A DNA stretch of 64,000 nt from Dendrobates tinctorius (Eukaryota). The stretch is taken from assembly GCF_039654945.1 (NCBI RefSeq), contig NW_027361679.1, forward strand, positions 37,758,001 through 37,822,000, in the 5' to 3' direction. The first letter of the stretch is position 1, and every line of letters starts with the position of its first letter. The notes beneath the pieces were generated by a model. That model had not been told where the DNA came from. It ran no database searches and worked only from the letters and a program-made list of their open reading frames with translations. Below are positions 35,501-47,500 of the stretch, in pieces. Both the position numbers and the translations under genes were made by a program.

Positions 35501-38500
35501 ATTACTGTTTATTCCTGTGTGTGTGCGGCGCAGTGCAGTTTAAGTTCTCCCTGTCTGTCATTATTTGTGTGGGAGCTTTGGTGGTGACTTCTCACTGGGT
35601 GGAGGGTGGAGGGTTAAGTGCAGGGCTGAGCAGGAGATAAGGAAAGGTCGGAGGCTCAGGCATTTGCACCTTCAGCAAAAACCCTGGGTTGAGGGTCAGA
35701 CAGGGTTTCCCCTAGTAAAGGGACACCACAGGGGCCCCGGGTCTTGCAGCCTTAGTTGAACTTAGCCCCCGTGACATTATAATCGGCCCACATTTTTCAG
35801 GAGTCCATGGATCCATTAGATTCCATAACCCGCCAGTTGGCGGCGCTGTCCATACAGGTCTCCGAGTTGAATGGGGCAGTTCAGCAGCAGGGCCTGGTAG
35901 TAGCAAAGGTGCAAACGGCATCTGCAGGTATCGGTGCAGAGCCGAAGTTTCCGCTGCCAGAACGATTTTCAGGCGATCGCAGCAAATTTGTCGTATTTCG
36001 GGAGGCCTGCAAATTATACTTCCGCATGCGGCCAATATCCTCAGGTAATGAGGCCCAGCGAGTAGGGCTGGTGTTGTCATTACTGAGTGGTGACCCCCAA
36101 GCATGGGCATTTTCCTTACCACCTGACTCTGCTACATTTCATTCGGTCGATAATGTTTTTTCTGCCCTCGGGCTCATTTACGATGACCCTGACCGACTGG
36201 CTCTAGCGGAATCTAAAATCCGCGCCCTCCGCCAGGGGGAGCGCTTGGCAGAAGACTATTGTTCGGAATTTCGCCGCTGGGCTGTAGACACACAGTGGAA
36301 TGACCCAGCACTGCGGAGCCAGTTTATTCATGGGGTATCAGGGAGGGTGAAACAAGCCCTCCTGATGTATGAGACTCCGGCATCATTGGAGTCTGCCATG
36401 AGTTTGGTGATACGTATTGATCGCCGTTTTCGTCAGGGGGCACAGGAGACGCTACCTCTGGGGGAAAACAGAGGTGCAGGTGTGGTTGAAGTAGATGAGT
36501 CCCCTGAACCTATGCAGATTGCTGGCGTGGCACAGGTTCGGCCTCGCGCTCCGGGAGTCCGGAAGTCCGGAGCATGTTTCTACTGTGGTAAAGGTGGTCA
36601 TTATGTTAACGTTTGCCCGGTACTACCTAAGAGGGTCACACCGGCGGAAAACTGTTAAGCTCAGAGGGTATGGAGGAGACCCAACTGAGCGTATGCATAT
36701 CCTCCATGATGGTATCTCAATGTATGCTCCCTGCCAAGGTTATTGTCGCCGGCAGAGAGCTACCTATATCAGTGTTTGTGGATAGCGGTTCCGCCACCAA
36801 TCTCATAGATGAGGAGTTTGCACACACCGCCGGGTTTAAGATTGAAAAACTTCCTCACCCCATACAGGTGGTGACCATTAATGCTGTTCCCCTCCCTCAA
36901 GGGGAGATTACTGAGTTTGTGGCAGAGGTGAAACTCCACATTGGGGTCCTACATTCTGAGTCGGTTACATGTAGGGTCCTCCGTAATCTCCCAGCTCAAA
37001 TGGTCCTGGGTTTTCCATGGCTGTCCAGGCACAACCCGGTAATTGATTGGAAAACTCAGGACATAGTACAATGGAGTGGTTTCTGCCAAGACAATTGCTT
37101 GGCCACATGTGTGTCCGCCGTGACGCCCAGCCTGCCGGAGGCTTTGCAGGATTTCGCGGATGTTTTCTCTGAGAAGGGTTGCTCAGAACTGCCTCCACAT
37201 AGAGCCTATGACTGTGCTATTAGGCTAAAACCCGGGGCCAAATTACCTAAGGCCAGGATGTTTAATATTTCTGGTCCTGAGAGACAAGCTCTGAAAGACT
37301 ACATCGCGGAGAGTCTGAGCAAAGGTCACATCCGGCCTTCGTCCTCGCCTGTAGCCGCGGGGTTTTTCTTCATTAAGAAGAAAGATGGGGGGTTACGCCC
37401 GTGTCTGGATTTCCGAGAGTTAAACCAGATTACTATCCGTGATCCCTACCCAATGCCGTTGATCCCGGATTTGTTCAACCAGGTAGCGGGGGCAAAATGG
37501 TTTTCCAAGCTGGACCTCAGGGGGGCGTATAACCTCATAAGGGTCCGTCAGGGGGATGAGTGGAAGACGGCGTTTAACACTCCTGAGGGTCATTTTGAGA
37601 GTCTGGTTATGCCGTTTGGGTTGACCACCGCGCCTGCCGTTTTCCAACATTTTATTAATGATGTCTTTGCTCATGTCCTGGGGAGATTTGTGATTGTATA
37701 CCTGGATGATATCCTCATTTATTCTAGCGATCGGGACACTCATTTGCAGCATGTTAGGCAGGTGTTACAGTTGCTCCGGGAGAACCAGCTCTATGCTAAG
37801 CTGGAAAAATGTTTATTTTTTGTCCAGGAGTTGCCCTTTTTGGGATATATTGTGTCCGCAGCTGGTTTTAAAATGGACACCGCTAAGGTGCAAGCGGTGT
37901 TGCAATGGGAGAGGCCGGAGAGTCTGAAAGCACTCCAGCGGTTCCTGGGGTTTGCGAATTATTATAGGAAATTTATAAAACACTTTTCGACTGTCGCCAA
38001 ACCGCTCACGGACATGACAAAAAAGGGTGCCGATCTGGCGAACTGGCCTGAGGTGGCTATACGTGCATTTGAGCGTCTGAAGAATAGTTTTGCTTCAGCC
38101 CCCATTCTGGTGCAACCAGACGTGTCTAAACCTTTTGTGGTAGAGGTTGATGCGTCGGAGGTGGGAGTGGGGGCAGTACTGTCTCAAGGCTCGTCCTTGA
38201 GCGAGATGCATCCATGCGCCTACTTCTCCAAGAAGTTGTCGCCGGCCGAACGGAATTATGATATCGGCAACAGGGAGTTGTTGGCCATCAAACTGGCTTT
38301 TGAGGAATGGCGACACTTCTTGGAGGGGGCGGCTCACCAGGTCACAGTTATCACCGACCATAAGAATCTGCTCTACCTGGAGTCGGCCAAGCGTCTGTCT
38401 CCTAGGCAGGCTCGCTGGGCATTGTTTTTTACTCGTTTCAATTTTCTTGTGACGTACCGTCCCGGGGCTAAAAACACCAAGGCGGATGCTTTGTCTAGGT

Positions 38501-41500
38501 GTTTTCCGGGGGGAGAACCTCGGGAAGAGCCGGTACCCATCCTCCAGAAAGGGGTAGTGGTCTCGGCTCTCACGACTGAGGTAGAGGCGGAGATTGCCGA
38601 GGCCCAAGAGGAGGTACCACCAGGACTTCCCGCCAACAAATCATTTGTACCCCTGCATCTTCGGCCTAAGGTGTTGAAGGAACACCACGATTCGGTACTG
38701 GCTGGTCACCCAGGGGTGAAGGGCACCTTAGAGCTGGTATCGCGTCGTTTCTGGTGGCCCAAAATCCGGCAGGACGTGGTCTCGTACGTGGCAGCTTGCA
38801 TCACGTGCGCTAGGGCTAAGTCACCCCGAACCCGTCCTGCTGGCACGCTACAGCCTCTGGGGGTACCCAATAGGCCATGGACAGAAATCTCCATGGATTT
38901 TATCACTGACTTGCCAGCCTCGGCAGGGAACACGGTCATCCTGGTGGTGGTTGACCGTTTTTCAAAGATGGCGCATTTTGTGGCGTTGTCCTCTTTGCCC
39001 AATGCTAAGACGTTGGCTCAGGTATTTGTGAAGGAGGTGGTCAGACTCCACGGAATACCGTCTGACATAGTATCTGATAGGGGTACGCAATTTGTGGCGA
39101 GGTTTTGGAAAGCTTTTTGCTCAAGGTTGGGGATCAAGTTGTCACATTCATCGGCGTTTCATCCACAGTCTAATGGACAAACTGAGCGCATGAACCAAAA
39201 TCTTGAACAGTATTTACGATGCTTTGTGTCCGACAACCAGGAGGAGTGGTCTACTTTCCTTCCTCTGGCCGAATTCGCATTAAATAATCACCGCCAAGAG
39301 TCATCAGGAGAGTCTCCATTCTTTTGTGTGTACGGTCAACATCCTCAGTTTTGTACCTTACGTCAGGGTGACTCCGGGGGTGTCCCGGAGGAGGATCAGC
39401 TAGGAGCCCAATTGTCATCAGTCTGGAGGCGGGTGAAACAGCGTTTGTTGAGCATGAGTGCCAGGTACAAACGGGTGGCTGACAGTAGACGCGTGCCAGG
39501 TCCGGACCTGTGTGTGGGTGAATGGGTGTGGTTAGCTACGAAGAACATAAAACTCAAAATCCCTTCTTTAAAACTGGGTCCAAGGTTTATTGGGCCTTTT
39601 AGGATTTCTGCCATCATTAACCCAGTGGCTTATCGGTTGGAACTTCCCGCAGTGTACAAGATACACAACGTGTTTCACAGGGCTTTATTGAAAAAGGTGG
39701 TAGGCTCTGTGGACACAACGCCGATGCCACCTCCAGTCATGGTGGATGGCGAGTTAGAGTTCGAGGTCGCCAAGGTAGTGGACTCTCGAGTAGTACGCCG
39801 TACTCTTCAGTATTTGGTGCACTGGCGGGGGTATGGTCCAGAGGAGAGGTCTTGGGTTCCAGCCTCAGACATACATGCGGATCGGCTGGTCAGTTCTTTT
39901 CACCGTCGTCATCCGGACAAGCCGGGTCCTATGAGTCTTGAGGGCCCTGGGGTCCCTCGTAGAAGACGGGGTACTGTCATGTCGGACGCTGTTCACACCA
40001 CAGCATCCGGCAGGCAGAGGTAGTTCCACCTCCAGCCACTATAGCCTCAGTGGCGCCGGCCTGATCTTCAGGCTCTCGGGGGTTAATCCTGCTGGAGACC
40101 AGGTTGGATGGTTAGTCACGCCCACGGTCTTTAAATAGTCATGCTGGCCTATGGGCGTCGCCGATTATAGCTTGTGTTTCATACCAAGTGGTTCCGGTCT
40201 GGAGTGGAGGTGTTCAAGAGAGAGAGATTCATATCTGGTGTCGTATGATCCGTCGTTATCCTTTCTCCTTCCCATATTTGTGTTTAGTTGTGCCCTGTTC
40301 ACATTACTGTTTATTCCTGTGTGTGTGCGGCGCAGTGCAGTTTAAGTTCTCCCTGTCTGTCATTATTTGTGTGGGAGCTTTGGTGGTGACTTCTCACTGG
40401 GTGGAGGGTGGAGGGTTAAGTGCAGGGCTGAGCAGGAGATAAGGAAAGGTCGGAGGCTCAGGCATTTGCACCTTCAGCAAAAACCCTGGGTTGAGGGTCA
40501 GACAGGGTTTCCCCTAGTAAAGGGACACCACAGGGGCCCCGGGTCTTGCAGCCTTAGTTGAACTTAGCCCCCGTGACAATACCTTCTCTAAGCATTACCG
40601 ATTAGATTTAATGTCTAATAAAAATTTAGTCTTTGGGAGAGAAGTCCTGTAGGCAATCATCCCTGTATGATAATATTCTCTGGTATTCTTCCTGCTGTGC
40701 AGTTTTGGAGGGTGCTGGGAGAAAATGGAATTAGACTTACTGATAACTCCTTTTCTAGGAATCCTTCATGACAGCACTGGTAATTCCCACCCTTCTGTTC
40801 AATATGTATTCCTTGGTGTTAAATAAACATTTAGAGCATTCATACTGGTGTGGTCCTTTAAATAAACACTGAGGATAGGAGATGGGGAGGGACTATTTAA
40901 CCCCTTTGTGTTTCCCATCCCTACTTGGACGGGGAGGTAACATCCTGTTGTGCTGTCATGGAGAGCTTCTAGGGAAGGAATTATCTGCAAATCTAATTCC
41001 ATTTTCCCTACATTTCACAAAGTGTCCCAACTTCTTTGGAATTGAGGTTGAATATATTATAAATGTAAAAAGTTTTTTTTTTCTTTACATTATTTTCCCT
41101 ACACCCCTCTCACTCCCCTGATTGCACACCAGCAGGGATATTATTGCCGTAATTTTTTTCAATTTTTGCTTTATTGTTTTTTTTTTTGTGTGTTTTACAT
41201 CATACTTCAATAAACTGTATTTAGGTTTTAACATTAAGAGAAACTTTTCTATGTGATGTCATGTTTTGGATTTTCCCATGCAGATATATTTTTTGAGTTG
41301 TAACTTTGTAAACTAAGTGATATATCGTTGGAATCAGGGTTTCTTTTCCTGTTCTCAGATGAGAAAAACTGGTGACAGATTCCCTTTAAGATTAGACTGA
41401 ATAAGAGTTATGCTTTCCATTTGAGGTGATTCCATAACACATGTATTTTGTGTCTTTAGTTTACATCTACCTTACGTCCTCGAAAAAAAAAGGAAAAGGC

Positions 41501-44500
41501 TAACAAAACAGAGGGGATAGAGGACCTGCCTTGTCAGGAAACAAATGAAGACAACACATTATCAAATTGTCCCCCACAACCAAGATTTGGTTCATTCTCA
41601 TACAGTGCCACTCCCACTCTCTTGCCTGTCTATAAGGGCAAACGATCTGCAAGCAGCCCAACTACCATATCAATTGATAGAAGGGAGATTTCGAAACGAG
41701 TCCGGGAATCTGTGGATAAAGAGCTGGTTAAATGTCGCAGAAAAGTGGGTTTCACAGATACCTATTTAGAACCTAATACTCCAATATCTGTGTCTGAGTT
41801 GAAATCTGATACTGGAGGAACACAGGACTATGACATGGAAGATGAAGAAAGGAAACAGGTATTCAAAACAAGAGACTACGTTCTGTAAAGGGGTCCAATC
41901 AGTTGGACAGCCAGAAAGTTATCATCTATCCACAGGATAGCCTTTTATGGTAGACCAACGCCTGTAAAAATAGTGTGGCAACTTTACATTTTTAGAAACT
42001 GCACAGAACATTGAAAAATAATTACCGTACCTCATTGTTTTCCATCACTCCTGTTCCAGCTCTTCTCGGTTCCCAGACAGTTTCTAAACTTCTTCTTACA
42101 GACAGGTGACAGCTGCAGCCAATCTAACTGTAGGGATGATGTGTTGTTCACTGCTATAATACCGCTGTTATAGAGTGAGATATGGACCACACTGCCAGGC
42201 TCTTGTTATAGGAGGAGGTCCAGACTACACAACCAGACTGCTGATATGGGGCAGCCGTGCTGGTGTTATAGGGGTGGAGCAGATTCAGATTACACAGTTA
42301 GACTGCTTATAAAGAAGGAGGTCCAGACTACACAGCCTGACTGTTGTTATAGCTATTATAGAGGAATCCAGTATATACAGACTGTCTGTTATAGGGCAAA
42401 GTCCAGACTACATAGCTGGAGTGCAGTCATAAACTTGATAGATAATAGTAGGGTACTAGAATTGACCACAGTAAAGAGAAAAGTAGACATGTCATGACAC
42501 AGATTAGCAGGGAACTCAGACAAAAATAAAAAGAACCAGATCAGAATATAATTTCTAACCCAGGCAGTCAAGCAGAGAACTATGACATAATATGATGCAT
42601 TCCTTAGGTAGTGATGCAGTATTTAAAATATAATAGTCTCAACAGCACAATAAGTTTCGGTGCTCAGAGGCCCCTATATCAAGTGTACAGGGACTGAATG
42701 TGAAACAGACTAAGACTTTAAGCATATATGCACAATAATGACACCAAATCAAATGAAAGGAACATACCAGGTTGATAAAATATAACAACCTGTATTTTAT
42801 AAGAAAAAACATCAAGATGCTACCATAAATGTGCATTATAAGGGAATCGTGACCCATTACTGAGAAAATGTTACTGATATCATACAGCTAGATTGATTTC
42901 AAACAGACTCAACCAGACTGCTCTTATAGGAAACAGTCCAGACTACCAAACCATTGATGTTATGGGAGGAGGTGTAGATGAACTTCTGTTAAGGATGAAG
43001 TTCCAGATTAAATAGCTAGATTGACATTCAGACTACACTGCCAGACTGTTATTACAGGGGGTTGTCCAGACCACAGTCAGATAACTTTTATTTTATTATT
43101 TATTTCTGCACTTGATATTTTTGCAATGTACCTCTGTGTAAACCATTTCTTAAAGCAATACAAATACATAACTAGTTTTTACAATCTCTATTTTCCGCAG
43201 ATTGTCGATATTCTTTGGAGCGACCCCATGCCTCAAGAAGGGTGTAAGTCAAACAATGTTCGCGGTGGTGGGTGTTACTTTGGTCCAGATGTCACAGAAA
43301 AAATCCTTCAAAAACATGGGCTGAAAATGTTAATCAGATCTCATGAGTGTAAGCAAGAAGGATATGAGTTTTGCCATAATGGAAAGGTATACAAACCTGC
43401 AATTGCTTTTTAAAGTAAATATGTAAAATCAATCAAAGGTTAAATATCGACATTTAATTTAATTAACATAATGTATGCAAATCATTACTAATTAGAGATG
43501 GGTGGATCAATGCCAGTCAATTAGCCAGATTAATAGTCTCTGGCCACTGGACTGGGGACTTGTGATTCTCTTACCTTCTTTTGATTAGCCAGGGCTTGCA
43601 TTATGTAGCTATGATGACCATCAAATCAAAAGCCGCATCAGGGATCCTGGAAGGTAGGAGATTCACAGGCCTCCCATCCAACAGCCAGAGACTACTAACT
43701 TAGCCACTGGATCACAGTCCCACGAATCGGTCTGCCCATTTCTATCACTAATAATTTTATTTCAAACTGAAAGAAGAGATAAAATAATAAGTGCTCTTGT
43801 CATTTACCAATCTCTTCTATGTCTGGCTAAGACCCGTATTACAATGCCGTTGGAGATTTACTTTGACTGGTGCTATATTGGCTGTTACAATGGGAGAAAG
43901 CATATTAGACTAAGTTCACACTCATACATTCTCCACTGAGCACTATTGGGGTTCCCATCAGAATCCTGTTTTTTAGGCATTCCAATATAAACCCCAACCT
44001 AGTGGTCTGTGGAGAGCATGAGTTTGACATTAGCTTTACCTAAAAACAGAGATGGCAAACATGGTATGCTAAGCTCTGGCCATCAGCTGCACAAGTAATA
44101 GGTTAAAATGTAAAATAATTTGCAGTAAAGTACTGTGAAATCTATACATTTTTCCCAATGCAAACTTTTTGTATTGTTTTATAGAACAGTATCAAAAGAT
44201 ATAATCAGCACCAGTGATAAAGGTGCAAAGATATTAGCACAAAGGCCCACTGTCCCAGTTGAAGACCATTCCATTTTCCAGAGTTGACCGCACAACACAA
44301 TAATAAAGAACAGATGCCAAGCAATATTTATTTGAAGGATGATACATGGGTTTACTTGTAGCCATGTGAGGGTTGTTGGTAGGTATTGTCCATAAGGATT
44401 ATGACAGTAAAGTGGGTCAGTAAGAAGGGAACAGGGCACAGTCAGAGACCCTCACTAGAACGGAATTCATGGAAGAGAGGTGGGGGCAAGAGTACTGCGG

Positions 44501-47500
44501 AGAGAAGACCATGGAAGTCGGAAAAAGGATTGCAGGAAAGGGGATGTAAAAAGTTAGCTGTAGTGTGATGGGTTAGGACAGACTGAAGGGTGGACCAATT
44601 GATTCAGGTATTATTGTACAAGTTTGATTCATTTGCAAATCAATTGCTCCCCGCATTGGATGTAGGCCACTTCATATAAGGAGGTTCTGTAGAATTCTGT
44701 AGAATTCCAGTGCCTGAAGATAACAGTTTTAAAGCTTGTAGGTGGCTATAATTTAAAACAACACAGTAGAAGAGAACGTAAAGTCATGTAAGTGTGCTGC
44801 AGAGAGAACAATGCTATAACTATGAAACACATTTCACCTGCTTTCTTTTGCATTTGATTTTCATAGGTCCTTACAATATTTTCAGCTTCAAATTATTATG
44901 AAATTGGCAGTAATAAAGGGGCATATGTAAAGCTGGGTCCTGATCTGGTCCCTCATTTTGTGCAGTACCAAGCAAACAAGTCTACAAACACTCTTACTTT
45001 AAGGCAAAGGTACTGTTCTGTGGACACATAGTATTAATCTTTACCAATATGGGGTCCAGGTTTCTTAGTCTTTGTATGTATTTTGTGTTCCAGAGTAAGT
45101 ACAGTAGAAGCTTCTGCACTCAGGGCCTTAAGGGAGAAGCTATTTGCTCATAAATCAGATCTCATCCAGGAATTCAACAGATATGACAAGAATAAGTCTG
45201 GTAAATCAAATAGCGCTTGACCTTCACAGAAGAAATCTTTATCTAATATGTAGAAGTCCATAGTCAATCTTGAGGTTTGCATGCTAGAGTCTATTTTGTG
45301 ATAAGCATCTTAAATCGTATAGCATTTGGTTTACCTATACAGGACATATTACACTACATGACTGGGCAACTGCACTAGAATCCATCCTTAATCTCGGCCT
45401 GCCCTGGAGAATGCTTAGGCCACAGCTTGTCCGAAATGCAACAGATGGACTGTTAAGATACAAAGAATGGTTTGATGAACTTGCTGTGTGCCAATCAGTA
45501 AGAGAGGTAAAAATGATTTGGGGGGTTTGGTGGTTTAGTTGAATTCTTTCAATATAAGGTGCTTGTTAGACGACTACATTGCTTGAATTGAGGCTGGGGG
45601 GGTACATTATCTGTGAGTGTGAATGGGTTTATACTTTTGTGTTTGAAGCCAAACTGTAATGGCAACATTATATTCTGACTTTGATCCAAGTACTTAAAAG
45701 AAGATGTCTCCTGTTAAATGCGATTGTACTTCGGACTCTTCCTTGTTATCACCCTGTTCTATGTGGACTTCACCCCCACCAAGCCCATTTTCACCTTAAT
45801 GACCAGGCTATATTTTACAATTCAGACCAGTGTCACTTTATGATGTAATAACTCAGAACTCTTCAACGGATCTCAGTGATTCTGAGCCTGTTTTCTTGTG
45901 ACATATTGTACATTATGATCGTGGTAAAATTTGCTTGATACGACTTGCGTTTATTTGAGAAAGTATTGGAAATTTGGGGAAAATTTTGCAATTTCAAGCT
46001 TTTGAATTTTTATGCCCTTAAACCAGATAATTACAGTGGGGAAAATAAATATTTGATACACTGACAATTTTGCAAGTTTTCCCACCTGCAACAAATGGAG
46101 AGGTCTTTAATTTTTATTGTAGGTACACTTTAACTGCAAGAGACAGAATCTTAAAAAAATCTAGAAAATCACATTATATCATTTTTACATAATTAATTTG
46201 CATTTTATTGCATGAAATAAGTATGTGATACAATAGAAAAACAGAACTTAATATTTGATAAAGAAATGTTTGTTTGCAATTACAGAGGCCAGACGTTTGC
46301 TGTAGTTATTGACCAAGTTTGTCCACACTGCAGCAGGGATTTTTGCCCACTCCTCCATACAGATCTTCTCCAGATCTTTCAGGTTTTGAGGCTGTCCCTG
46401 GGCAACATTGAGTTTCAGCTCCCTCCAAAGATTTTCTATTGGGTTCAGGTTTGGAGACTGATTAGGCCACTCCAGGACCTTAGAGACACTCCTTAGTATC
46501 CCTGGCTCTGTTTTTCGGGTCATTGGCATGCTGGAAGACCCAGCCCCGACCCATCTTCAATGCTCTTACAGAGGAAAGGATGTTGTTGTCCAAAATCTCG
46601 CGATACATGATCCCATCCATCCTCCTTTCAATGCAATGAAGTCATCCTGTCCCCTTTCCAGAAAAGCACCCCCAAAGTATTGTTTCCTCCATAATGCTTC
46701 ACGATTGGGACAGTGTTCTTGGGGTTGTACTCATCATTCTTCTTCCTCCAAACACAGCGAGTAGAGTGGATACCAAAAAGTTCTATTTTGGTCTCATCTA
46801 ACCATATTACCTTCTCCCATGTCTCCTATGGATCATCCAGATGGTCATTGATGAACTTCAAACGGGCCTCAACATGTGCTCTCATGAGCAGGGGGACCGT
46901 GCTTATCCTACAGAATTTTAACCCTTTAATGATAGCCAATACATCTTTTTACTGATCTGAGATATAAGAGACTAGCATCCCCATACAGGTGACAATTCAG
47001 CAGCTATTGGCTGTCCGCTATAACTGACAACTTGCTGCATCATCCACGGTTAGTGTTGGCACCGTCCTCATCTGTTTAACCCCTTAGATGCTGCTGTCAA
47101 TAGTGACTGCTTCATATAAATGGTTAGCAGAGTGTGGGGGCTTCCTCTTTAACCCCATCGGCACCCTGAGATCATGATTGTGTGGCCCTGATGTTTGCCA
47201 TGGCAATTCACAGCCAAATAGCGGCCTTAGAGTCTTCCGGCTACAGTGGCCTGTTCAGAAGTTAGTGACATTTAAGTGGTAAAAATACATTTTTTCATTC
47301 CTGTCATGCCAATTTGCATTCATTCCTTAACATCACCTGAAGGGTTAATAAAATACCTGACCGCAGTTTTCAATGTCAAAGGTTGCTATTTTAAAATGGT
47401 ATCACTTTTGGAGGTTTTACAATATATAGGACCCCAAAAGTCACTTCAAACCTGGATAGGTCCTTCAAAAAATAAGTTTTGCAAATTTCCTTGAAAAAAT

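Larger units (their letters stand above)
35173..40578 (+). mobile_element. Intact chromoviral (sushi/Tf1-like) Ty3/Gypsy retrotransposon
   Basis: 604-bp LTRs at 35173-35776 and 39975-40578 with TG...CA ends and no difference seen; ATACC TSD; PPT AGAAGACGGGG; uninterrupted gag and pol. Confidence 0.97.
29530..41008 (+). mobile_element. Decayed DIRS1-like tyrosine-recombinase retrotransposon hosting the young chromovirus
   Basis: Inverted terminal repeats (~29530-29650 versus ~40860-40970); gag-like relic at ~31150-31700; RT ([13 protein letters not shown]); RNase H (TDASKSG); methyltransferase-like relic; recombinase at 34363-35172 continuing at 40584 (ATWSSVHT|FSKHYRLD). Confidence 0.85.
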
